This document shows positions 1 through 7,596 of a DNA stretch of 24,407 bases, one piece after another. The stretch is from NCBI GenBank assembly GCA_052390515.1, contig JBQTGV010000046.1, positions 1 through 24,407 of the forward strand. Direction: 5' to 3'. The notes under the pieces are model-generated. The model saw nothing but the letters and a program-made list of their open reading frames with translations. It was not told the DNA's origin and did not search any database. The translations under genes and the position numbers were made by a program. The DNA is from Candidatus Eiseniibacteriota bacterium. Its GTDB lineage: Bacteria; ARS69. Every line of letters begins with the position of its first letter. Within the stretch, counting starts at the first letter, position 1.

Positions 1-1
1 C

Positions 2-931
2 CAAGATGCCGCTGTCCCCGCGCGGGCTGTACGGGCTCTGGACCTGGAACGTGAAGGCGTCGGAGCCGGCCGGCGCGGTCAGCCCCGGAAGCACGACCAG
101 ATCGAACTGGCCGCCGAGGCCGGAGCGAAGGACGTCGCTCTGCCGCTCGTAGCCGCCGCCGATCAGGCGCGAGGGCGCCGCACCGCTCGTGAAGGTCCAC
201 CACAGCGTGTCGGCGTGCTCGTCGACGCAGTCGCCGGCGAAGAGCACGAAGTCCGCCTGCACGTCACGCTGCATCGCCGGGAACGGGACGGAGTGCACCT
301 GGCCCTCCAGCTCCTGCCGGCCGTGGAAGAACTCCGGCACCGCCTGGGTCACGATGTGCCGGAACCCGCCCGCCTTCTTGTAGACCACGATCCCGCCGAT
401 GCCGTCCACGCGGCCGGGAGCCGTGACCGCCGGCCCCTCGACGTCGAACGCGTTTCGCCCCGCGGTCACGATGCCCGGACCGTTGCCGCCGAGCTTGAAC
501 ACGAAGGCCCACATCTCGTCGTGGCTGGTGAGGAACTTGGTGAGCAGCCGGCCCTGGTGCGGCACGCCGTTGATCACCACGGTGTCGTCCACCGTCGAGG
601 AGTGCGAGCGCACCGTCCAGTAGAAGGCGGCGTTGAGCACGTCGCTGTCCGCGGGGACGGGGACGTCGATCTCGAACGATGCTTCGGGCCCGGTCAGGCC
701 GGCGCCCGCGTAGGCGACGCCCATTCCGACGGCGTCCGTGTACACCTGCAGATCGGAGGCGTCATCCCACTCGGTCGGCCGGTCCAGCGCCACCTGGGAG
801 TCGATCGGGTCGGCCGGAACCAGCTCGGCGGAGTCGCCGGCGGTGTCCGCCGGGGTGGTCGGTTCGTCGCTGCAACCCGTGGCCAGCAGGAACACGAGTC
901 CGGCAACGGCTGCGAGCTTTCCTGCGTTCAT
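2..931 (-). CDS. Putative lipoprotein with a beta-rich, DUF3344-like extracellular domain; 3' end runs off the left edge
   Basis: Manual translation from ATG at 931 (SD AGAAGGAG about 8 nt upstream) is open to the window edge: MNAGKLAAVAGLVFLLATGCSDEPTTPAD...VLNAAFYWTVRS...VVING...GRNAFDV...GIGGIVVYKK. It has a lipobox LATG-C and GC-rich third codon positions. Absent from the ORF track because no stop lies in the window. The DUF3344 resemblance is from recalled motif pattern only. Confidence 0.8.
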   Translation of the reverse strand, partial: MNAGKLAAVAGLVFLLATGCSDEPTTPADTAGDSAELVPADPIDSQVALDRPTEWDDASDLQVYTDAVGMGVAYAGAGLTGPEASFEIDVPVPADSDVLNAAFYWTVRSHSSTVDDTVVINGVPHQGRLLTKFLTSHDEMWAFVFKLGGNGPGIVTAGRNAFDVEGPAVTAPGRVDGIGGIVVYKKAGGFRHIVTQAVPEFFHGRQELEGQVHSVPFPAMQRDVQADFVLFAGDCVDEHADTLWWTFTSGAAPSRLIGGGYERQSDVLRSGLGGQFDLVVLPGLTAPAGSDAFTFQVQSPYSPRGDSGIL

Positions 932-972
932 GGGGGGCACTCCTTCTCGATGATCGCGCTCGCGGCCGGCGC

Positions 973-978
973 TAGAAT
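973..978 (+). promoter_or_regulatory. Candidate -10 box (TAGAAT) for mutY, 6 nt before the GTG start
   Basis: TAGAAT stands out in a GC-rich intergenic region. No convincing -35 box or SD sequence. Confidence 0.5.
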
Positions 979-984
979 GCGCCG

Positions 985-2100
985 GTGAAGCGAGCGACCT
1001 CCCCGCCTCCACGCATCGACGCGCGGCTCGTGGCCGCGGTTCGCGACGCTCTCGTCGGCTGGTACCGGTCGAACGCCCGCGACCTGCCCTGGCGAAGGGA
1101 TCCTTCGCCCTACCGGGTCTGGGTGTCCGAGCTCATGCTCCAGCAGACGCGCGTGGAGACGGTCGTTCCCTACTTCGAGCGTTTCTTGGGGCGCTTCCCG
1201 GACTATCGGCGGCTGGCCGCCGCTTCCGAAGAGGAAGTCCTCGAGGCCTGGAGCGGCCTCGGCTACTACCGGCGGGCGCGCTCTCTTCGCGAGGGCGCCC
1301 GGGCCGTGCTGGAACGCCACGGTGGCGAGTTTCCCCCCGGCGAGCAGGAGGCGCTCGCCCTCCCCGGCGTCGGGCCGTACACCGCCGGCGCGGTGCGGTC
1401 CATCGCCCTGGGAATCCGCGCGCCGATCCTGGACGGCAACGTCACTCGGGTTCTCTCGCGTGTCTTCGGCATCGATGGTGACGTTTCACGCGCCCCGGTG
1501 CGGCGGCTCCTCTGGTCGCTCGCGGAGCGGGTCGTCGAACAGGGCGAGCCCGGCGAGGTGAACCAGGCGCAGATGGAGCTCGGCGCGCTGCTCTGCCGGC
1601 CGGCCGATCCACTCTGCGGCAGCTGCCCTCTGGGTGATCTTTGCGTCGCCCGACGCGACCGCCGCACCGGCGAGATCCCGCGCCTCCCGGCGAAGCGCGG
1701 CACGGTGGAGATCTCGCGCTGCGTGCTGCTCGTGCGGCGGAAGGGCGAAGTCCTGCTGCGCCGGCGCCGCGAGAGCGAGCTCTCACCCGGGCTGTGGGAT
1801 CTCCCGGGCGCCTTTACCGGGGACGAGCGGCGGGCTGCGGCCACGGACGGGGATGCCGCGCGGCTCGTGCCGTTCCGCCTGGAGTTCGGGGATCCGCTCG
1901 GTGCGGTGCGGCATGCGGTCACGCATCGCCGCATCACGCTGCACGTGCGCGAGGCGCGACCGGCGCGCGGGACCCGCAGCAGCGCCCCCGCCGGGCCGGA
2001 CGGCGCGGAGCTCACCTGGTGCACGCCGGAAGCGGCGCTCGCGAAGGCGCTGCCTTCGCCCGCGCGGCGGATCCTGGCGCGCTTCGCCGCGCCGGCTTGA
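985..2100 (+). CDS. mutY: A/G-specific adenine DNA glycosylase
   Basis: WYRSNARDLPWR, PYRVWVSELMLQQT, WSGLGYYRRAR, HhH motif LPGVGPYTAGAV, DGNV, [4Fe-4S] motif CRPADPLCGSCPLGDLC, and a C-terminal NUDIX-like domain (GLWDLPG, HAVTHRRI). Confidence 0.97.
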   Translation: MKRATSPPPRIDARLVAAVRDALVGWYRSNARDLPWRRDPSPYRVWVSELMLQQTRVETVVPYFERFLGRFPDYRRLAAASEEEVLEAWSGLGYYRRARSLREGARAVLERHGGEFPPGEQEALALPGVGPYTAGAVRSIALGIRAPILDGNVTRVLSRVFGIDGDVSRAPVRRLLWSLAERVVEQGEPGEVNQAQMELGALLCRPADPLCGSCPLGDLCVARRDRRTGEIPRLPAKRGTVEISRCVLLVRRKGEVLLRRRRESELSPGLWDLPGAFTGDERRAAATDGDAARLVPFRLEFGDPLGAVRHAVTHRRITLHVREARPARGTRSSAPAGPDGAELTWCTPEAALAKALPSPARRILARFAAPA

Positions 2101-2126
2101 CACTCGCTTCGCGCGGCCGGTATCTT
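2097..2126 (+). promoter_or_regulatory. Sigma70-type promoter TTGACA-N18-TATCTT for the acyl-CoA dehydrogenase gene
   Basis: Consensus -35 at 2097-2102 overlaps the mutY TGA; -10 at 2121-2126. Confidence 0.65.
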
Positions 2127-2201
2127 GCGGCCGGCGAAGTTCCCCCATCTCTCGATTTTCCAAGGCCTTCGCGAGTTCCTGTCGCGGAACGGAGCAGAAC
2201 C

Positions 2202-3422
2202 ATGACGACCACCGCGGCGCCGGGGGGGACCGCAGCGGGACTCGGCTTCCGGCTCACGCCGGAGCAGGAAGAGATCCGCAAGCTGGCCCGCGAGTTCTCG
2301 GACACGGAGATCACGCAGCAGGCCGCCGAGCACCACGACCGCGAGGGCTGCTTCCCGCACGAGATCGCCGAGAAGGCGCGGGAGATCGGCCTGATGAACT
2401 GCATCATCCCGGAGGAGTACGGCGGCATCAGCCTGGGCGCGCTCGAGGAGTGTCTGATCGCCGAGGAGCTGGCCCACGGCTGCATGGGCATCTCGCTCTC
2501 CATCATGGCGAACAACCTGGCCATCGTTCCCACGAAGCTCGCCGGTACCGAGGAGCAGAAGAAGAAGTACCTCGGGCGCATGCAGGAGAAGGGGCAGTTC
2601 TGCGCTTACGGGCTCTCCGAGCCGGAGGCGGGATCGGATCCCGCGTCCCTCAAGACGACCGCGGTCAAGAAGGGCGACAAGTACGTGCTGAACGGCGTGA
2701 AGCGCTGGATCACCGGCGCGGGAGTCGCCGACTGGTTCGTGATCTTCGCCACCACCGACGCTGCGGCGAAGCACCGCGGCATCAGCGCGTTCCTGGTCGA
2801 GAAGGACTCTCCCGGAGTCTCGCTCGGCAAGAAGGAAGACATGATGGGGCAGCGCGCGTCCTACACCTGCGACATCAACATGGACGACGCGGAGATCCCG
2901 GCGGCGAACTTGCTGGGCGGCGAGGGCAAGGGATTCTACCTGGCCATGCAGACCTTCCAGCACACCCGCCCGGCCATCGCCGCGGGTGCCGTGGGCGTGT
3001 CCCAGGCAGCGTTGGACCACGCGTTGCGCTACGCACTGGAGCGCAAGACCTTCGGCACGTTCATCGCCAACCATCAGGGCGTGCAGTTCCTGCTCGCGGA
3101 TATGGCCAGGGACATCGAGGCCGGACGGCTGCTCACCTGGCAGGCCGCCTGGATGGTCGACCACGGGTTGCCCAACAACAAGGAAGTGGCCATCGCCAAG
3201 CTGTTCACGTCGGACAACGCGATGCGCATCACGACCGACGCGGTGCAGATCTTCGGCGGCTACGGCTACTCGCGCGAGTACCCGGTGGAGAAGCTCATGC
3301 GCGACGTGAAGGTCACGCAGATCTACGAGGGAACGAGCCAGGTGCAGCGCATCGTCATCGGCCGGACGATCATCCGGGAGATGGCCGAGAAGATGGGCGT
3401 GGATCCCAAGGAGCTGCGGTGA
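2202..3422 (+). CDS. Acyl-CoA dehydrogenase (short/medium-chain type), 406 aa
   Basis: ATG at 2202 after SD GGAG. Motifs YGLSEPEAGSD, NGVKRWIT, KKEDMMGQR, ERKTFG, DAVQIFGGYGY, and catalytic Glu in IYEGTSQVQR. Confidence 0.96.
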   Translation: MTTTAAPGGTAAGLGFRLTPEQEEIRKLAREFSDTEITQQAAEHHDREGCFPHEIAEKAREIGLMNCIIPEEYGGISLGALEECLIAEELAHGCMGISLSIMANNLAIVPTKLAGTEEQKKKYLGRMQEKGQFCAYGLSEPEAGSDPASLKTTAVKKGDKYVLNGVKRWITGAGVADWFVIFATTDAAAKHRGISAFLVEKDSPGVSLGKKEDMMGQRASYTCDINMDDAEIPAANLLGGEGKGFYLAMQTFQHTRPAIAAGAVGVSQAALDHALRYALERKTFGTFIANHQGVQFLLADMARDIEAGRLLTWQAAWMVDHGLPNNKEVAIAKLFTSDNAMRITTDAVQIFGGYGYSREYPVEKLMRDVKVTQIYEGTSQVQRIVIGRTIIREMAEKMGVDPKELR

Positions 3423-3493
3423 CCATGGCGGCGTCCGTGGCCGCCGGGGTCGCCTCAAGCCCTGCTCCCGGCTCGTCGATCTCTCGGCCAGCC

Positions 3494-4369
3494 ATGAGAC
3501 TCGTCGCCTGCCCGAGCTGCCGCGCGCACTTCGACGTGACGGCGCACGCCGGCCAGACCTTCGCCTGCTCGTGCGGGGCCACGGTCTCGGCGGGCGCGCT
3601 CCGCGCGGTCGACGCTCCGGTGCGGCGCTGCGGCTCGTGCGGCGCGCTCCTGCCCGAGAACGCCGACGCCTGCGCGTACTGCCGGGCCCGCGTGACCCGC
3701 GAGGGCGAGCTCAGCCTGATCTGCCCGGAGTGCTACGCACGCAACTCCCGCGAGTCGCGCTTCTGCACCGCGTGCGGCGTCGAGTTCCGCCCTCAGCCGC
3801 TCCCGGAGCCGGCGAAGGAGCTCGGCTGCGTGCGCTGCGGGACGCCGATGCTGCCGCGCCAGATCGCCGGCGTGCTCGTGCGCGAGTGCTCGGACTGCCA
3901 CGGCCTGTGGATCCCCGGGGATCGCTTCGATCGGCTCGTTGAGCGCGCGGTCGAGTCCTGGGAGAAGGCCCCGGAGTCCCTGGAGGTGCGCGCGCCCCGG
4001 CGGACCGGCGGAAACCCCGCGACGGAGCGGATCCGGTACCGAAAGTGCCCTGAGTGCACCCAGACGATGGACCGGCGCAACTGGCGCCGCACGTCGGGAG
4101 TGATCATCGACCGCTGCCACGAACACGGGACGTGGCTGGACGCGGACGAGCTGGAGCGCATCGCCGGCTTCATCAAGAGCGGAGGACTGGAGAGGGCGAA
4201 GGCCGCGGAGGAGACCACCATGAAGGTACCGCCTCCGCCGCGAGACGAGCTCGCCGCCTCTCCGCTGCCGCGATCCTTCGTCGAGCACCGGCCCGTCGGG
4301 CACCGCCAGGCGATGATCGTCGACTCCGTGGCCGCGCTGCTCTCGCGGCTGATCGATCGCCTGCGTTGA
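3494..4369 (+). CDS. Multi-zinc-ribbon protein (double zinc ribbon plus two zf-TFIIB-like domains)
   Basis: Knuckles CPSC/CSC, CGSC/CAYC, CPEC/CTAC, CVRC/CSDCHGLW, CPEC/CHEHGTWLDADEL. Start is uncertain: ATG 3494 preferred, with ATG 3425 and GTG 3419 also in frame. Confidence 0.85.
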   Translation: MRLVACPSCRAHFDVTAHAGQTFACSCGATVSAGALRAVDAPVRRCGSCGALLPENADACAYCRARVTREGELSLICPECYARNSRESRFCTACGVEFRPQPLPEPAKELGCVRCGTPMLPRQIAGVLVRECSDCHGLWIPGDRFDRLVERAVESWEKAPESLEVRAPRRTGGNPATERIRYRKCPECTQTMDRRNWRRTSGVIIDRCHEHGTWLDADELERIAGFIKSGGLERAKAAEETTMKVPPPPRDELAASPLPRSFVEHRPVGHRQAMIVDSVAALLSRLIDRLR

Positions 4370-4395
4370 CGGATGGGTCCGCGCTCCGGTAGCGT
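4366..4395 (+). promoter_or_regulatory. Candidate promoter TTGACG-N18-TAGCGT for the methyltransferase gene
   Basis: -35 at 4366-4371 overlaps the upstream TGA stop; -10 at 4390-4395; ATG follows 9 nt later. Confidence 0.5.
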
Positions 4396-4404
4396 GGACG
4401 GGCC

Positions 4405-5253
4405 ATGGCGAAACGCGCGAACCAGCACGACGGAAGGCCCGCCGAGCAGATTCGGGAGCACTACGAGGTCGAGAAGGAGCTCGCGTCGAGGCTCCGCTCG
4501 GCGGACCGCGCAGCGCGCCGCTCCGGGCTCTACACCGAGCTCTACGAGGAGCTCTACCGGCGCGTGCCGCACCACATGAAGCTCACCGAGAAGGTGACCC
4601 CGGAGGAGCAGCAGGACCGCGTCGAGCGTCAACTGCGCTGGATCCGCGCGTTCCTCGACCCGCGGAAGACGTTCCTGGAAGTGGGCGCCGGCGACTGCCA
4701 CGTGACGCTCGCGGTCGCTCCGCTCGTGGCGAAGTCCATCGCGGTCGAAGTGTCGCACACGATCGCGGCGAACGCCGACACGCCGGCCAATTTCGAGCTG
4801 TTGATTTCCGACGGCGTCTCCATCCCGGTTCCCCCGGGGAGCGTCGACGTCGTGTACAGCCAGCAGTTGATGGAGCACCTGCACCCCGACGATGCGCTGG
4901 AACAGCTCCGCAGCATCTTCGCCGCGCTCCGGCCTGGCGGGGTGTATCTCTGCGCGACGCCGAACGCCCTCACCGGGCCCCACGACATCTCCCGTCACTT
5001 CGACGATCGGCCGACGGGATTCCACATGAAGGAGTACCGCATCGGCGAGCTGGTGCGCCTGTTCCGCGGCGCCGGGTTCCGCCGGACCCGGCTCATCGTC
5101 AACACGAGCGTGAACCCGAAGCTGATCCCAGCGTGGCCGGCGGAGCTGGTCGAGGCGGCGCTCGGGCCGATACCGCGGCCGCTGCGCCTGGCCGTCGCGC
5201 CGCACGTGCAGCCGCGCGTGCTGTACACGTTCCGCCTCGCGGCGACGAAGTAA
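4405..5253 (+). CDS. Class I SAM-dependent methyltransferase
   Basis: Motif I FLEVGAGDC, acidic AVEVS, SVDVVYSQQLMEHL, LRPGGVYLCATPN, FHMKEY. Confidence 0.92.
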   Translation: MAKRANQHDGRPAEQIREHYEVEKELASRLRSADRAARRSGLYTELYEELYRRVPHHMKLTEKVTPEEQQDRVERQLRWIRAFLDPRKTFLEVGAGDCHVTLAVAPLVAKSIAVEVSHTIAANADTPANFELLISDGVSIPVPPGSVDVVYSQQLMEHLHPDDALEQLRSIFAALRPGGVYLCATPNALTGPHDISRHFDDRPTGFHMKEYRIGELVRLFRGAGFRRTRLIVNTSVNPKLIPAWPAELVEAALGPIPRPLRLAVAPHVQPRVLYTFRLAATK

Positions 5254-5271
5254 CCCTGACGAAGTAATCCT
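5244..5271 (+). repeat. 14-bp tandem duplication spanning the methyltransferase stop codon
   Basis: GACGAAGTAACCCT (5244-5257) followed by GACGAAGTAATCCT (5258-5271), 13/14 identical. Confidence 0.8.
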
Positions 5272-5287
5272 GAAGGATCCGGCGCGT

Positions 5288-6358
5288 TCAGCTACCGGAC
5301 CTTTCGCCCCCGATCACGCCCCTCGTCGTCTCCGCCCCGGCGTTGCGCAGCGCCCGTGTGTTTCGCGCCAGCAGCTCCCGTGCCGTGGCATGGATGCGGT
5401 CCGGAGCGACCTCCCGCCAGCGGCCCTCTACGGCCACGAAGTCCTCGCCGAAGAGCTCGCGGGAGAGATGGCGGACGACCGCCTCGTTCGCGAAGGAGTG
5501 GGGCGCCGCCGGGTTCCGCTCCGCGCGGCTCGCGAAGCTCGCCAGGATCTCGGGCAGCGTCTCCACGGCGAAGGCGCACTCGGTGAGCTTCGCCCGGTAC
5601 TCCAGCTCGATCTGGTCCAGCGCGGGGAAGAGCTCGTAATCCGCGAAGTGCCGGGTCTCGTGCTGAAGATAACTGACCCGGAAGTTCTCCGATTCCAGGT
5701 CGTAGTCGTCGACGAGACAGAACAGGGCTTCGCTCTTCGCCCAGCCGCCGTTCGATGCGCGACCGATCGTGGCGAATTCCGACCAGCCCCTCACCAGAAA
5801 GTCGCCGACGCCCACGACGGTGACGGTCCGCCGTCCGTCGGTGAGTTCGACGTCGTAGCGGGTCGTGTCCTGGCGGCTCCACAGCATCAGGTCGAAGTGC
5901 GGGCGGGTCATCCCCCCGAGGTGATGCAGGCCGGCCCGCGCGATCCCGTCGCCCATGCGCTCGAGAGCTTCGTCGCCGCCCACGTCGGAGGCGATGCCGT
6001 GCCGCGCGAGCAGCTCGCTGATTCGTCCGGTGAGGAAGGCCTCGGCATCGCCCTCGCCGATCTCGCCGAGGAGTGCGCGCCGCCAGTAGTCGCGGTAGGT
6101 GTGCACCAGCTCGCCGACGAAGGGATCGTCAGGCACGGCGAGATCCTCTTCCGCCTGCACGAAGCGGCGCCGGAACTCCTCGAAGCAGCGCGTCTCCGCG
6201 GGCGAAAGACTGTCGGCTTGCTCGAAATGGGCTGCCGCCCCGCTCAGATCTCCTTGAAGCGCCATCGAGACGTACCCGGAGACGAGGTCGGCGCGGGCCG
6301 GCGCCGCCGCCGCCGCGAGCAGCGTCGTGAGGCCGACGAGCCGCGTGCGGAGCGACAT
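5288..6358 (-). CDS. Secreted hypothetical protein with HExxH motif (putative zincin metalloprotease), 356 aa
   Basis: ATG at 6358, 2 nt after the cnoX stop. Signal peptide MSLRTRLVGLTTLLAAAAAPARA, then YLQHETRHFADY...ELEYRAKL. Confidence 0.8.
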   Translation of the reverse strand: MSLRTRLVGLTTLLAAAAAPARADLVSGYVSMALQGDLSGAAAHFEQADSLSPAETRCFEEFRRRFVQAEEDLAVPDDPFVGELVHTYRDYWRRALLGEIGEGDAEAFLTGRISELLARHGIASDVGGDEALERMGDGIARAGLHHLGGMTRPHFDLMLWSRQDTTRYDVELTDGRRTVTVVGVGDFLVRGWSEFATIGRASNGGWAKSEALFCLVDDYDLESENFRVSYLQHETRHFADYELFPALDQIELEYRAKLTECAFAVETLPEILASFASRAERNPAAPHSFANEAVVRHLSRELFGEDFVAVEGRWREVAPDRIHATARELLARNTRALRNAGAETTRGVIGGERSGS

Positions 6359-6360
6359 CG

Positions 6361-7218
6361 TCAGAAGAGCTCCACGCTCAGGCGGCCGCGAAACTCGCGG
6401 GTGAGCTCGTGCTCGTCGCCCAGCAGCGCGAAGACGGCGAGCATGGCCTTGCGGCCTCCGTCGTCCTCCAGCCGGCGGTCGCGGCGGGTCACTTCCAGGA
6501 ACTCGGCCAGCGCGCCCTCGAAATCCCCGCCGACCGCGAGCGCGCAACCGAAGTCGTAGCGCGCGGCGGCGTCGTCCGGGTTCGCCGCGGCGCGCTCCCG
6601 CAGGGCCTCCGAGCCGCCCCTCGCCGCTACCCGCTCCACCCACTCCGACAGCAGCAGGAGACCGCCGGCCTGCGCGTGCAACCCCGACTCTTCGGGAACG
6701 TGCTCGAGGTCTCGGCGGGCCGCCGCGAAGTCGCCGTCGGCCAGCGCGAAACGCGCGCGCCCGAGAAGGGCCGCCGCGTGCCGCGGGTCCTCCGCGAGGA
6801 CCTGGCTCCAGAGCTCCCGCTCCCGCTCGTGCTCGCCGAGCTTGGCCGCCGCGGCCGCGTCCCGGGCGAGCAGCTCGGCCTTCGAGGGCATGATGCGCTG
6901 GAGGAACGCCTCGACCGCGTTGCGGGGAAGCGCGCCCGTGAACTCGTCGCGGACGACACCGTCGACGAACGCCTTCACGGCGGGGATCCCACGGATCCCG
7001 TACGCCTCGGAGAGGGCCGGGTTCTCGTCGGTGTTGAGCTTCGCCAGGATCCAGCGCCCCTGCGCCTCGCCCGCGAGGCTCTCGAGGATCGGCCCGAGGG
7101 AACGGCAAGGCCCGCACCACGGGGCCCAGAAGTCCACGAGAACGGGCACCTCGCGGGAGCGCTCGATGACCTCGCGCTCGAAGGACGCTTCGCCGACCTC
7201 GATGTACGTTCGACGCAT
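6361..7218 (-). CDS. cnoX: Thioredoxin-TPR chaperedoxin (YbbN/CnoX family)
   Basis: VLVDFWAPWCGPC thioredoxin domain, cis-Pro GIPAV, FTGALP, TPR region, C-terminal helix FRGRLSVELF. Confidence 0.92.
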   Translation of the reverse strand: MRRTYIEVGEASFEREVIERSREVPVLVDFWAPWCGPCRSLGPILESLAGEAQGRWILAKLNTDENPALSEAYGIRGIPAVKAFVDGVVRDEFTGALPRNAVEAFLQRIMPSKAELLARDAAAAAKLGEHERERELWSQVLAEDPRHAAALLGRARFALADGDFAAARRDLEHVPEESGLHAQAGGLLLLSEWVERVAARGGSEALRERAAANPDDAAARYDFGCALAVGGDFEGALAEFLEVTRRDRRLEDDGGRKAMLAVFALLGDEHELTREFRGRLSVELF

Positions 7219-7304
7219 CGGGACACCCGGGCGTGATCCGCCCCGACAATAGGGTCGGCGCCGAAGGCGGTCAACGGAGAGACCCCGAAGGCGGCCCAGG
7301 GGCG

Positions 7305-7310
7305 TATATT
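7305..7310 (+). promoter_or_regulatory. Candidate -10 box (TATATT) for moaD-moaE-moaA
   Basis: AT-rich hexamer 24 nt upstream of the moaD ATG, followed by SD GGAGG. A divergent candidate TATTGT for cnoX lies at 7246-7251 on the - strand. Confidence 0.45.
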
Positions 7311-7334
7311 CACGGAATCGCTGGAGGGGGCCGC

Positions 7335-7589
7335 ATGAGCGCCAGACGGGTCGTCGTCCATCTGCACGCGCAGGCCGCGGACCTGGCGGGCGCGCGGGAG
7401 GTCGTGCTGGGGCTCGACGGCGAGGCGACTTCGGCGGACCTCAAGAGGGCGCTCGGCACGGCGCATCCGGGCCTCGAGGGGCTTCTGGGCAGCGGGGCGG
7501 TAGCGACCGAGCGGGAGTACCTGGCCGACGCCGCGCCGCTCGGCCCGGGCGACCGCTTTCACTTCGTGCCGCCCGTGAGTGGAGGTTGA
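7335..7589 (+). CDS. moaD: Molybdopterin synthase sulfur carrier subunit (MoaD/ThiS ubiquitin-like)
   Basis: 84 aa ending in PPVSGG; SD GGAGG; adjacent to moaE and moaA. Confidence 0.92.
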   Translation: MSARRVVVHLHAQAADLAGAREVVLGLDGEATSADLKRALGTAHPGLEGLLGSGAVATEREYLADAAPLGPGDRFHFVPPVSGG

Positions 7590-7596
7590 GCGGGAC

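Noticed and set aside
1266..3458. 730-aa antisense ORF over mutY and acyl-CoA dehydrogenase, and similar long antisense ORFs (3793-5205, 10241-11887, 18570-20456, 21398-23998)
   Set aside because: Shadow frames expected at high GC. They have no recognisable motifs and lie opposite well-supported genes.
1634..4369. 911-aa ORF suggesting a large zinc-finger fusion protein
   Set aside because: The first 600 or so codons are an Arg/Gly/Pro-rich alternative frame over mutY and the dehydrogenase. The real gene starts near 3425-3494.
5288..7249. 653-aa ORF suggesting a fusion or frameshift between cnoX and the HExxH protein
   Set aside because: The upstream half is an off-frame reading of cnoX. 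The downstream protein has its own ATG and signal peptide at 6358.
7255..7300. Glycine-riboswitch-like words (CGCCGAAGG, GGAGAGAC), and a possible Moco riboswitch or ModE box upstream of moaD
   Set aside because: The words are in the wrong order and the CUCUCAGG element is missing. No Moco-motif core or ModE-type TATAT-N-TATAT repeat is visible. Kept only as an unexplained repeat.
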